Shown: piece by piece, positions 47,640 to 60,380 of the stretch
How the letters are laid out: each line of letters opens with the position of its first letter
Numbering within the stretch: position 1 is the stretch's first letter
DNA from: Lama guanicoe
Lineage: Eukaryota
Length of the DNA: 64,000 nucleotides
Direction of reading: 5' to 3'
Assembly (NCBI GenBank): GCA_013239625.1
Contig: MU053934.1
Span: 7,585,352-7,649,351, forward strand
The notes under the pieces: model-generated
What the model saw: only the letters and a program-made list of their open reading frames with translations
What the model was told of the DNA's origin: nothing
Databases searched by the model: none
Made by a program: the position numbers and the translations under genes

Positions 47640-49909
47640 GTAGGTGCTCGAGGAGGTGGCGCCTGCAAGCGTCCAGGCTGGGGCAGCCCCCTGCCCGCTG
47701 CCCTTCCTCCCCGTGCCCCGCCCTCCCTGGCCTTTGTCACCTGTCTGCCTCCTACTCTCCCATCACATCTCAGGGGTCTCTGCTGTGACTTTCAATTTGT
47801 TTGTGGGACTTTTGGTCTGGAGACCCCCTCCCAAAGGCTTGTTTTTGTCCTCTTGCATGTCTAGTCCCCAGTGCCTCGTGCAGGTCGGTGCTCAGTGAGT
47901 AACTGAAGAATGAATGAGTGAGTGAGTGAGTGGCTGAATGGGCGAATGAATGAATGATGCTGGGACCGGTGACGCCAGGGCCAGCACTCAGCTGGTATGA
48001 GCCGGCTCAACCACCCACCACCATCGACGGCTTCCCCAGTGAGGGGACCCTCTAGGCCTCCATGCCCCCCGTGGGGGCCCAGGGGACCGGGTGTGGCCTC
48101 CTCCGTGGGCAGCTGCTGGTACAAGCAGCAGAGCCCTGTCCCACGCCGTGAGAGATGAGGGGCCACGATTTGCAAGCACGCACCCAGGGCTTGGTCTTTG
48201 ACTTTTTGTTTTCTTCCAAAATAAGAAAGACATAAATCTGGGGTGCCCCCCGGGAAAGCCGCTTGCTTGGAATCCAGAGAAACCTCACAGGGACTCTCTC
48301 TGCCTTGGCCCCGAGGGACAGATGGACGGCCCCTGGGCAGCCCGGGGACAAGCCTGCTGTCTCAGAGGCGTGGGTGCAGGGCCGGCCCACCTCCCTGCAC
48401 AGCCCCTCGTGGCTGCCAGACGGTCCCCCGCCTCCCCAGGGGCGTCCCGCTGTGCAGTTGGCTGGGAGCTGCGTGAGCAGAGGGCCAGGAGCGAGGCGGG
48501 TAACTGCAGGGAGAGGCCGGGCTTTGCCAGTCAAGACAAATATTTACAAGCAAGGCCTTCCCCTCCACTTGGCAGGCTTGGAGCTTAAAATATTGATTTT
48601 TTAAACGGGAAATTTTAATCAAGGGCCCTGTTTGGGCTGAACCGTGTGAAGACTGGGATGGGAGAGGACTCCTGCAGGCGAGTCTGCCCCAGGCTGCTCC
48701 CCTTGCCCCAAGCTGCCTCCAGGTCTGGGCTGCTTCCTCGGAGGGGACCCTCACTGAGGTTGGCTCCTCACCCCCCTGGTGTGGGTCTCAGAAGATGTGA
48801 GGCTGAACCAGAGTCCATGTCCGAGGCAGAGAGCAGGAGTTGCTGCTAGCCGGGCGCTGACTGTGTGCCAGGCCCGCGTGGTAGGCTCCTTCCCGCCACG
48901 GCCTGGCTGGATTTGAGGAATGGGTGTTTGGGGCGGACAGAAGAGGATGTCGCCCACCGCCCCCTGAGCTGAGGTTCCCAGTGGTGGGGACTGTTTCTGA
49001 TGTACCCCCGGCCCACGACGGGCTCCTCTCCAGGCTGAGTGAGTAGAAGAACCAAACAGTTCCGTGTGCCCTGAGGGCGGTGGCCGAGGGCTGAGGGATC
49101 TCAGCGTGGGGACTGAGGATGGCCCTTCCCCTGGGTGGGGGGAGGCTTCTGGGCCAAGGCGACTTCGGGCTGGGCCTTGCCTAAGGATCTGGGAGTTTGG
49201 GCTGGGAGGGGAGCTGCTGTAGGCTGAGGGGACAGCTGAGGCCAAAACGTGCTGGGGGCACTTGGGAGGAGGCAGAGTGTGTTGTTTGGGGTCGGGAGCT
49301 GGGGGGACATGGGGGTAATGAGCGGGGAAAGAGGGGTGGGGCCTCCCTGAGACTCTGACGATGAGGGAAAACCGGGGACCTGGGAGGCCCAGCATGGTGA
49401 GCTGGGCATTTTGGGAAAATCTCTCTACCTGCCTCTTAACAGAAGTCAGAACTCTATGCAGTGGGAATTTAAAGGCTTTCTTCATAATTTGCCCTTGGCG
49501 TTGGATTGATTTATTTGCCTGGGTTATTGCAGGTGGGAAGGGTGAAGGTACAGAGGGGTCTTCCTTTCACAAAAGGGTACTTGCCCTGGGCCTCTTCCCT
49601 GGGCTGCCTTGAAGTGTTCGCTGATGTCAGGGCTTGTCACTCAAGCGGGGCTGGGCGGGGCTTCAGGCTGAAGGGTGAGGAGCAGCTCTCTGTCCTCAAC
49701 GCGCACGTGAGTGAGAGGGTCAGTAGGAGCTGGTTTATAGCATTCTGTCTGCAGCTGGCTTTTTGGGAACTTGCCCACGGAACCAAATGACTCATATCTG
49801 TGGGCTGGCGCCCCTGGATTCAGGGGCCCAGGGGCGTGGTGTGGTGCTCACGGCGGGGAGATGGGCCGCGCGCTCACTCGGTGCATCCGGACAGGTGTGG
49901 TTTTGTAAA

Positions 49910-50130
49910 GAGCTAGTGTCCATTGAGTGTTAATACGTGCCAGGTGCCCTTTGTGTGTATTATTAAATCACTTAATCCTCTTGACAGCCGAGTGAGGCAG
50001 GAGCTATTGTCACCTCCACTTGACAGAGGAGAAACTGAGGCCCAGAGAAGTGAAGTAACTTGCCCAAGGTCACACAGCTAGTAAGTGGCAGAGCTGGGAT
50101 TCCAACCCAGGCAGTTGGACTCTGGAGCCG
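49910..50130 (-). mobile_element. MIR SINE
   Basis: gaggagaaactgaggcccagagaagtgaagtaacttgcccaaggtcacacagctagtaagtggcagagctgggattccaacccagg. Confidence 0.9.
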
Positions 50131-50599
50131 AGCTCTTGTCATGTCCTCCGTATCACCTCTCTCGTTTTTATGGTGAAACAACTCTGATATGAAGTAAAGG
50201 CGAGGACTGTGCCTTTTGGGGCCAGACATGGGGGTCAGCTTCCTCCCGGGTGATTGCAGCAGCCACGTGACCCTCCTGGCCTCATTTTAAACGGGGGTGG
50301 TCCGGCTGCCCTTGCTCTGCCTACGTCTTTGGAGGTAGGCTGTTTTGATGCTCCACTGGGATGAAGGAAATGTTTTAAGTTTTGTAAACTACAAAGTGCT
50401 GTGTAAATGTGATTATTGCCCCCAGGACTTCCCTTGGGGTAGAGGTAGGGGTCCTGGGTTGGTCCCATGGTGGAAGGGGAAGAAATTTGACTCAAGCCTC
50501 CAGGGTGAGCTGCAGGGAGAAGCGGTAGACGAGTTTGTGTGTAAAAGTGTGTGGAGTTTACGAGAAACACTGACCTACGATCTCAGCTGTCTCTGCAGT

Positions 50600-50710
<111 letters not shown>

Positions 50711-51189
50711 CACTGAGAACACTGTGCCAAGTGTGTCCCCGGCAATGGGGTGACTGTGAGGAGTGAGGACAGGGCCGCTCGCGTTCTGGTGATGGGGAGA
50801 CAGTGATGGGTGGAGACACCAGAAGCAGTGAGAGAACCGTTCACGCATGTGATGAGTGTCTGCAGAGAGCTGGCCCGGGGGGTGACCACGTGCCCCTTGA
50901 GTGGCCAGGGGAGGCCTCCCTGAGGAGGCGGCCTTGGGCAGGACACGGAGGTGAGAGTGAGGCAGATGTAGGAGGCACGTTCCAGGCAGAGGCCCTGGGG
51001 GAAGGGAAGTAAATGTGAGGTCTGGAGGGTTTGGGCTGACCCCTATTCGGAGGCCCCGGGAGCAGCGGCAGGAGTTTGGGGTGGATTCGAAGTGCAATGG
51101 GGTCTTTGGGAAGGTTTATGTAGGGGAGTGACCTTTTAAAAGGCCTGGATTGCAGAGTTAGAGTGGAAGCGGCAAGCCTAGTGAAAATG

Positions 51190-51330
51190 AAGACTCTGGA
51201 ATGTTCCAGAATTGACATCTGAGTGGTGGGATTGTGGGGGATTAAATTTTCTTCTTTGTGGTTCTCTCTTTTTCCCTCTAATTTTCTACAAGTAGCGTGT
51301 ATTATTCTTGTAACATCAAATAAAGGCAAC
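51190..51330 (+). mobile_element. L1ME-like 3' terminus
   Basis: tctgagtggtgggattgtggggg...ttttcttctttgt...ttttctacaagtagcgtgtattattcttgtaa. Confidence 0.6.
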
Positions 51331-54300
51331 AGTAAAATCTCATTGTTGTTAAAGAAATGTTGGCTTCTCTGATGTCTGGTGCACAGTGTGTCCCAGGATG
51401 GAGGCAGGGGTAGCGCTGGCCTCAGGTCAGTCCTGGGGTCATCCAGCCACTCAGAAGGTCGCCTGGAGCCCCTTCCCTAGGCCAGCGGGCCCCTGCCCAC
51501 CTCTCAGGCCTGCTGGCCCTGCCCCTCCTCCTCTGGGGGAGAAAGTTACAGATTTGAAATTCACAACCAGCTTCTTCCCTGTTCATTGATCTCAGGGAAA
51601 GCATTTAAAATCATATTCCAAAAAAAAAAATCATATTCCAAGGGCCACCCCCAGACAAACAAGAAGAAATCTGAAAAATTGATTAAGGCCCTCTTTGTAA
51701 GACAAGATTAGGCACCTAACTGGGGAGACGTGTGGCTAAACTCACGAGACTCTCATCTGCTGTCAGGTGCGTTGCTCACGGCTCAGCTGTGAGTCGTGTC
51801 CCTGTTGTGTCCCTTCAGGCGTCTCTGGGTTTGTGTTCATTGGAGGGGGCTGGACTTGGGGGAACAGGGCGCCTCTGAGCCGACCCTCTTTCTCGTTTGC
51901 TGTCATTATCCCAAATATATTCATGAAATAGAAACGCCAGCTCGATTTGTAAATGTCCCAGTGAGCAGCTAAAAAATTGCTAAGGACAGGCTTTCCAGGC
52001 ATCAAGAGTGAAAACAAGAGCAAAACTTGCTGAAAATGAAAAGAATGTGCTGGAAGCTTCTCGCTCCTCCACGGCTAATCACGTGACGATGGACAGGTAG
52101 TGTGGAGCCCACAGGCTGCTTGGTCCAGCAAGTCGTGTCTGTGCAGGGAGGAGGGATGGCATGGAGGCTCAGAGCTCCCGCCTGGAAGTCAAACAGATCT
52201 GTCTTCAGCTTTGCTTCAGCCTGTTATTTGCTGTGTGACCTTAGCTTAGTCATTCAGCCTCTCTGTGCCTCATATGTAAAGTGGGGAGAATTATTTACCA
52301 ACCCCATAGGGTCAAAGAGGATGGAAGAGTAATGTTCCCTTATGGTGCTTAGCACATTCCAGGCCTCAGAAAGTGGCCTCTCCCTGATCTGAGTCCCCTG
52401 CAAAACAAACAGGCCACTTGACCAGCCTCAACGTTAGCCGAGCCATTTTGTTCCAGCCACACTGGCCGATTCCAGTTCCCCATTCTGGGCCTAGGCTCAC
52501 GCTCATCCCTCAGCTTGGAACGCTCTTTCTCATCCACCCTGCAGGTCCTACCCACCCCTCCAGTGTCACTTCTTGTGAAGCTTCCCCAGCCCCTTGGGTG
52601 GCATTTTTCCCTCTTCCCTCTGCACCCAGAGCTCCCTATTCAGGCTTTGGTGGCAGCCCTCACCTCATGGAGGGGGTTTTTGGTGTCCTCATGCCTCCCC
52701 TCTGCCCCACCTAGATCGTCAGCCCCGGAGGGCAGGGTGAGCCTCTTCCCCAGTGTCAGCCCTGGATAGAGGCGGTGGACTCTGGATGAACAAAAGTGAG
52801 CGGCATGTGTGTATTGTGAGCTGGACACTGCGTCCGCATATGATTGCCATGGGGTGGGTCAGCAGTGAGTGGGGCTTTGGGGAAGGCAGGGCTGTGACAT
52901 GGAAGAGTGTGAGCTGTGGCTGTCACAACACGGGAGTTGGGGAGGGTCTACAAAAGGGCAGAGACCGACAGGGTCTCCAGGATGAGGCTAGGAGCTGAGG
53001 CCAGCAGGTGATCGGGGCCCACCCAAGGGAGCCAGGTCTTCCAGGTGGGTAGGTGGGCTCCCCACTGGAAGCCAGGGATGCTGAGGGCAGGAGGGGAGGC
53101 TGAGCGCCCAGGAGCACCCACCTCCCAGGATGCTGGCTGCAGAGGCATCAGCTGACCCCAAGGCCTCTACACCACCCACGTCTTCCCCAGGGCAGGAATA
53201 CCGGGCCAAATTCTGCCTCCGGCTCTGAGTGACAGCTGTGCCCTCAAGAACTGTCAGTTCATGAGCTGGAATTTGCAAGATGCCAGAAAGCTCCTTCTCT
53301 GTGACTGGCAGGTGCCAGGCTAGTCTCCCCGCCCCCCAGCCAGGAGAAGCCTGCAGCCTCTGCAGTCCTCACTCCCACCCCCAGGGCTCCTGTAGCCTCA
53401 GATCCTGGTGCTGGCCTCCGAGTGACTGCCCAGAGGCCACAGGCCAGGTTCTCACCCCTCCTGCCCTCGCCTCCTCACCTGACTGGATGCTGCTCTGTCC
53501 ACCTTGGATTCTCCTTCCCCAGCTCCTACACCACCCCCTGGGCTCCCCCTTCTCCATCTCCTCCTTTTGTTCCTGGTTCTCTTCCTTCTCACTGAAGGTA
53601 GCTACTCCCAGGGTCAGCCTTTGGCCTCTCAACCATCATCTTTCCAGATTAGGTCCCCACACTCCCCTCGCCCCAGTTCCTGCTGTTGCTTCCACTCAGA
53701 CCTGAAGATGCCTCCATCTCTCTCCAGACCAGGTCTCTCTTTGAGATCCATCTGTGATACTATTCAGTCTTCTTAAGAGACACCTCCTCCTGGCTGTCCA
53801 CTGGGATTTTAGACTCGTTCTGTGTAGTAAGGTGCCGGCCTCCAGCATGGTGTTTTAGACTTGGTGACCGCAGCTCCTTTGCCCCCTCTCCCTTCCCTCT
53901 GAGGCTGGTGTCAGCTGCCACCTCCTGTTACTCCCGCCCTGTCCTTGTCTGTGCTGCCTGCTGTCCTCTTCACTCACACCTGTCACCTGCTGAGACGCTT
54001 TGGGCTCCCAAGTGGGCCATTCTGCCAGCTTCCCTTCCTCCTGTAGGATCCCGTGATCCCCTCGAGGGTTGAGATGGCGCCCAGGTCAGTGCCTCAGAGC
54101 CCAGCCCAGCCAGGCCTCCGGGGCGGCTTGTGGGGGTCTGTTGACTAAAGCACGGAGGGGTCTGTAGAGCACACGAGGAACCAGTTAATTAAGTGGCACC
54201 ACCCCTAGCGGAATCAGGCAGGGGAGGGAGATGAGGGCCTGGCAATGGAGTGTTTAGAAGTTATAATTAACTTTTTACTGGCGCACTAGCACAAAACGAT

Positions 54301-56863
54301 ATATAAGACAATCTAAAAGGGGTCCAAGGATTTCGTTAAATAGAGCTAGGTCTTTTGCAAGTAAACCCTTAATTAAAATCTGTGAGGGAGGAAGGGAGAG
54401 AAAGGGAAACGGAAATCATTCCGAGCTGGTTTCTTTGGTTATTTTCCCCTCATTTGCCACCTCGTCGAGGGCCTGAGGGCTCCAGGGGATTGGGTCAGAG
54501 TCCTTTTGCTTCTTTGCCCTTTGACTCAGGAGCCCGTGGCAGGGCCGCAGGAGGAGCTGAGGGGCTTCAGGAAGGAGTGGGGGCCTCGGGCTCCCGGTGC
54601 TGGAGTGGTGGCTGCTCACAGGGGCAGAGTTGTGAGTCTGTGGGAGACAGTCTTTCCTGACACAGCTAGAGGCTGCTGAGCTCCTCACCCACTTCCCAAG
54701 TCCGGGTCCTTCTCTCCTCTCCCTCGGGGCGAGGCCAGCCTTCCGGAGGCTGAGTTACCTCCAGTGCCCACAGCTCGGCGCCCAGCAGCTTGTGCAAGTC
54801 CTCGCTTCTGTCTCTTTCCTTTAACCTTTTTACCTCCATCCTTCCCGTCCCCCCTGTGTGGGACACCAGTGCGCCCTTCTTCCCTGAGTCTCTTACCTGT
54901 GTGCGTTCGACTCCCTGCACTTGGGCCACACCCCATCCTTTCTCGCTTTCATCTCTTCGTGCTCAGTACCATCACGGGCCGTGGAATGTTCTGCTGTGGG
55001 CATCAGTGTTTCAAGCCTGAGGGACAGGGCCTAAGTGTGGGGTGGGACACTGTCCAGGTTTCCTTGGTCAGAGCTGTCCTGCCCCGTGGGTCCAGGGTGC
55101 CGAGGGTGGGATGGGACTTCCTGAGAATGGCTGAGGCCCCAGGGTGTAAGCTGCCCATGCTGGGCAGGCAGGTCTGGTTTGATGGGCTTCACCCTGACCG
55201 GGGTCAGGACTCACAGCCTCTTTCCCAGAGCAGGGGACTTAGCACTGAATTCAGGAGTTCCTGGGGCCCTCTCTGACTCTGGTCTTCACCAGCCAGGGGC
55301 TCGCTTCTCCTGCAGTGTCCACGTCCATAAAGTGTGACGTTTGGACCACGTGTTAACTAAGCCCCGCTCTGGCTTGGCTGTCAAGGTGCCGTCCAGGGAA
55401 GTGGCCCCTGCTGGTCCCCACTCCTGTTGGCCTCAGAGTCCTGATGTGGGTTAGGTGAGGTCTGCCTCTCCTACCAGCCTGTGACTGCAGGGGGACAGGG
55501 GTCCACAGCCGTCCCAGTCATTCCATGTCTAGCATGTTCACTGGCTTGGAGTTGGAGATTTGGTGATGGCCAACCAGATGTGGCCCCTGCTGGAAGGGGA
55601 GTCAGGCAGTAAAGTAAACAGAGGAGATCATTTAAAGAGATTGGATCAATGAATCAGTTCAAGAATCAGAGCGTGGTGACAGTGACCGGGGGTTGAGGGA
55701 GGTTTCTTGACATCAGTGGTCTAGGACGGCTCCACCAAGAGAGTCTTGAGCTGAGAAGGACCCAGCCCTGAATTGCCTGGTGAGTAGCCAGAGGCCTGCA
55801 GGGCTGAGCCTGGTGATCACAGAGGCCAGGGAGGGAGGCCCAGTCTGCTGAGGATGTGGACTTTATTCTGAGTGTTAGGCCACTGGGAGCTCAGGCAGGT
55901 GAGGGACAGGGGCCCCTTTGGCTGCTGGGTGGAGTGTGCCCGCCGCAGGTAGGGGAGGACGCTGGGGCCCCAGGAGAGGCAGGAGGAGCTGGGAGTGGGC
56001 CTGGAGGTGGCCAAGGGGACAGAGCAGGGCAGGGGTTCAGCCACGGTGTGAAGGTGAGATCACTGGGCTTGTCTGCTGAGAGAGATGGGGTGGAGGGGGA
56101 GTGTTGACCAGTATCCCCAGAGCCCTGCAGGCCTGCACAAGGTGGATGTGGATTTGTCAACACGTCTTTGTTAAGGGAATGAAAAAGGAAAAGAGAAATT
56201 TTGTGATGTGGTTGGTTCAATCAAAATATCCAGCCAACTTCATTTTTTAAAAAAAGAGCTTATACTAATCATTGCTGGATGTGTACGATAGCCTTAAAAT
56301 GGATTCTGTTTCATTTGCTCATGAGTTGGATACAATGGTCTGAACCAGACATTTTCAGGAACACATTGTTATTCCCACAACTCAAGATGGACTATTTAAA
56401 AAGAAAAGAAATTTTTGATTCTGGGCCTCATGTCATTTCACGGCACCCTCTGCTCGGAAGCGGGTTGGTGTCGAGGGATTTTGGTGGTGTGCAGTCAACG
56501 CGGCCAACATGACTGAGAAATGAGTGGTTGCCCAGAGAGAGGGCGACGGATGCTGAGATGAAAAAGTGGAGGAACAGTGCAGTGGAGGTTTGGTATCCAT
56601 TCAAAAAATTGACTTTTCTATATTCTTCACCAAAAAAAAAAAAAAAATTCTCATAAAGCCAAGCTGTGTTTGAGGGGCTAAAGAGAGAAAATTAACTCCT
56701 AATAAAGATGAAAAATCTAGAATTCTAAGTGGTAGTCAAGCGATTTTGGCCAGCCGTAATTACAGTATTTTCATGTTAATGTATAAACCCCTTGAAAGGT
56801 GTGCTTAAGTGCTAATTATCTATTTACAACAGAATGGCTTTGTAGATGAAATGAGACCCACTG

Positions 56864-56891
56864 GTGTGTGTGTGTGTGTGTGTGTGTGTGT
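56864..56891. repeat. (GT)14 microsatellite
   Basis: Read directly from the sequence. Confidence 0.95.
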
Positions 56892-57074
56892 ATTTCAAAC
56901 ATGTTTTGCGGTGCCTTTTTTTTTCAGACCATCATTCTAAAAATCTCTGCCTTAAATTTAAAAAAATTTTAAATATTTAAATCAGGTAGAAATGCATTTC
57001 TCTGAAAGGTCTGGGCTGCCTGAAAGTTCTTCCTTAGTTTTATTTTGTATATTTTGTTTGTTTGGATTTTTTGC

Positions 57075-57310
57075 TTGCTTATTTACATTCCATCTTGTGT
57101 CAAAGGATTTGAGATGGTTTATAAAAACAGTAAGAATAGTAAAATGGTAGAATGTTAATGATAAATTAAAAGCCAGGGTTAAAAAAAAAGAGAAATCGGA
57201 GCAGCTCAGAGGGAGGGGCTAAAATATCAAGACCTAGGGCTAAAATGGGCTCTGTGAGCTAGAAATTGGAGCCTGAGCTTCCTGGGAGCCAAGGTGAAAA
57301 GGGCAGATGC
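57075..57310. mobile_element. Possible L4 (RTE-X) ancient LINE fragment
   Basis: aaaggatttgagatggttta and cctgagcttcctgggagccaaggtgaaaaggg resemble the L4 3' consensus as I recall it. Confidence 0.4.
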
Positions 57311-57869
57311 ATTTGGCAAATGCCTGTGATTACTGGGAGGAGGAAATGTGCAAGCCCCTCTGATTGGTCCATCCTCTGTAGCATGTCTGATGTCCGCCAG
57401 CTGTGAGTCCCTTGTAGATCAAACCTGTCCCTGGTGTTCCTGTGTAGGAGGACCTTGGTACAGATTTTTGTGTTTAAATAATAACAATGAATATCTGTCT
57501 AGTGTTCCCCAGTATATAAAACATTTCTGTCACTCATTTTGTGCTTTCTGTCTCCCCTCTCTGCTTTCTTTCGGATTGATTGAAGTTTCTTTTTTCCCCC
57601 TCTACTGGTTTGGAAATGCTACATTCTTTGTTGATTTGTTTAGTGATTACTCATAAGATTTTAATACGCATATTTGACTTAACTCAGTCTAAAATTAATC
57701 AACATTTCCACTCTTCCCTGAGGGAATCACCCACCTTGTCGCCTCTTGCTACCATCTTGTGTATGTTTGCTGTCAGTGTCTCCCCTCTAACTTGTTTAAC
57801 TTTACCCCAAAGTAGCCATCATCATTATTGTGTGTTTTCCCATTTGCATTTGATTCTTTACTCAGCTAG

Positions 57870-58200
57870 CGTTTGCTGAGTACTTTTTACGTGCTGGGCA
57901 TGATTCTGGGCACTGAGGATGCATCAGTGAACACACAGGAGACAGGCCTCAGATAAACAGAACTATAATGTGTTGGGAGATCAGGATAAGCGAACAGGGC
58001 GAGACATCACCCTCTGATGATACGATGTTTGAGCCGAGGTCGGCGTGGAGGAGCTGGCCGTGCACATGTCTGGGAGGGTATTCTGGGCAGAGGAAGCAGC
58101 TCTGGGTCAGGAGTGTTGGTGGCACATTTGAGGACCAGCAAGGAGGCATGTGGCAAGAGTGCCTGGGGGCCGAGTGGGAGAAGCAGAGGCTGGGTGGGCA
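57870..58200 (-). mobile_element. L2 LINE fragment
   Basis: tttgctgagtact...gtgctgggcatgattctgggcactgaggatgcatcagtgaac...tttgaggaccagcaaggaggc. Confidence 0.75.
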
Positions 58201-59230
58201 GCAAATAGAGGAGGTGGGGTTCCTTCATGTAGGAAATGTCACTTGAGTTTGGACAAGTGGGGTGCAGGCCTTCCAGCTCAAAGGAGCAGGCTAACTGGGG
58301 TTCCGAGGCTGGAGCTTCCACTTGCCATTAGGGTGCATTCATTCATTCATTCATTTATTCATGGAACACCTACCTGGTTCTAGACTCTGCTAGATGCCAA
58401 GGATACAGTGGGTAGCAGAACAATTAAGACTCCTACTCAAGAGAAATACAAACAAGAAAACGCCATGACATGATGGAGACAGAACTGGGTGAAGTTTGTA
58501 GCCTTCACCCAGGTCAGACACTCACTTGCCTCCCAGGTGTGAGACTCATCTCAGGTTCCTCATCTGCCTGGTGGAGGATGGCAGTGCCTTCCTCCCAAGC
58601 TGGTGGTTGTGCAGACGAGAGATGAAATGTTAAAAACAACCTGGGCTCTGAGGCTTTGCTGAGTTTCCCACTGTGAGCCTTCCTCTTCACCCCGAAATGT
58701 ATCTTCACTTGTCAGTGCTCCTGTCAGGCTATGGAACTATTGGAGGAAATTGTTGGTTGGAAGAAAAATAGCCGGTTGGCCATTCAAGAGTTGGGGGAAG
58801 CAAACTTCTCTTGCTGGTTATGCTTCTTTTTCTTTTCTTCCTACAAGTGTGGAGAGATGTGTTTGGATATGAAGTCAGCCTGTGGGTTTTTGAAAATGTC
58901 GTTTTCATGTTGGACTTCATTCCAGAACAGGGATAGTCAGCAAGCCAGAAATTCCTGGCCAGCACAGAATTGAAATAGTCTGTCCCTGTGTGCACACAAA
59001 CTTCTGAAATGTCTGAGAGATTCCATTTCCCTGTTCACATCACCTTCCCCTGCCTGCCTTCTGCACCTGGACTCAGCACAGACTTTGGCAGAAATTCTGT
59101 GACAAGTTTGGTTCGCCGATCATGAGCAGCGGTTAGAGAGGGTGTGGAAACTTTCCTGTCCTGTTGTCCTTGTCTTTGTTACAGAGCTGCCCCTTCTCAT
59201 GGGGTGTCTCCCCACCTGGTCTCTCATAGC

Positions 59231-59372
59231 CAGCCCTTCTCAAAGTTCAGGTGCATGAGAATCCCCTGTGGTGGGGGGATCTTGTTAAAGTGCACATGTC
59301 AATTCGGCAGGTCTGGGATGGGCTGGAAAGCCTGCATTTCTGACCATCTCCCAGCTGATGAGCAGCAAGGCC
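59231..59372. mobile_element. MER5A (hAT-Charlie) remnant
   Basis: cttctcaaagtt...gcatgagaatcccctg...gatcttgttaaa...caggtctgggatgggct...ctgcatttctgaccatctcccagctgatg. Confidence 0.8.
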
Positions 59373-59377
59373 CTCGA

Positions 59378-59540
59378 TCTGCATTGTCTCCAGGTTGGCA
59401 GCCACCTGCCTGTTGTGGGCATTGAGCACTTGAGACATAGCAAGTGTGACTGAGAAACTGACTTGTGTGTTTCATTTCATTGTAATTAATTTGAAATTAA
59501 AGAGCCACAGGGGATTAGTGGCTGCTGTGGGGATAAGAAA
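59378..59540. mobile_element. MER3 (hAT-Charlie) remnant
   Basis: attgagcacttgagacatagcaagtgtgactgagaaactga...taattaatttgaaattaaagagccaca. Confidence 0.8.
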
Positions 59541-60119
59541 ACTCCTTGAAGTGTCTGCTGTTACTGTCTCTACAGATGAAGGAACTGAGCTCAGAGAAGC
59601 AAAGAGCTTGCCCAAGATCATATAGCAAATAGAAGTGGAATCAGGATTCTAACCCAAGGCCTATGCTCTTTTAAAAATTAAAAAAAAGTTTTTTAATATC
59701 TAAGGTGACCTTTTTATGTGATAACATCCCCTTGTGTATTCAGAAAATCCCAGCCCTTTGTATTAGCAGATTCCTCCCGTCTGTTTTGATATTTGTGGTC
59801 AGAAGTAACAGTTTGTAGCATCACGGGCTATAACAAAATCACATGTAGGTTGCCGAAGGGACACGAGGAGGTCTAACACCCTATGTTTCATGTGCGAAAA
59901 ATACGTTTTGCTGCAAAGCCTCGTATATGAGTCGCATGAGGGCTGAACAACAATGATTTTTTTCCAAATGGAATTTTACAGTTTAAAGGTGCTTTCGTAT
60001 TGTTGGTCAATTGTCCCTTGAAGCAAACAGCCTGGAAGCTGAGTAATGTCATCCTCACTTTACAGATGAGGAGACTGAGACCCAGTGTATGAATGTGGCT
60101 TCCCAGAGGTCACCCAGAT

Positions 60120-60380
60120 CACCTTCGTAGAGAGGCCTTGATGGCCCTAGATTGATCTGCTCCCCCACCCCAGTGTGTCCTGACCCACTCACATGGCTTT
60201 ATTTTTTTCACATCTGCTATCCTCACCTGACCTGGTACTTAATTCTTTGTTTCTTTGTTGCCAGTATCCCAGAAAGGTCCACTTCTCAAAGGCAGGGATC
60301 TTGTCTGTCTCAGGCAAGCTGCGTCTTCAGCACCACGGACAGCACCAGCCACAGTAGGCACTCAGCAGTATTACTCATTA
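60120..60380 (+). mobile_element. L2 LINE 3' fragment hosting an RE1 site
   Basis: agagaggccttga...aaggcagggatcttgtctgtct...acagtaggcactcag follows the L2 3' end layout. Confidence 0.7.
60326..60346 (+). promoter_or_regulatory. RE1/NRSE (REST-binding) element
   Basis: TTCAGCACCACGGACAGCACC matches the canonical TTCAGCACCACGGACAGCGCC at 20 of 21 positions. Confidence 0.85.

Noticed and set aside
47640..47788. Open frame continuing past the second coding exon (RCSRRWRLQ...)
   Set aside because: Intronic read-through. MPPED1 similarity ends at the G|GTAGGT donor.
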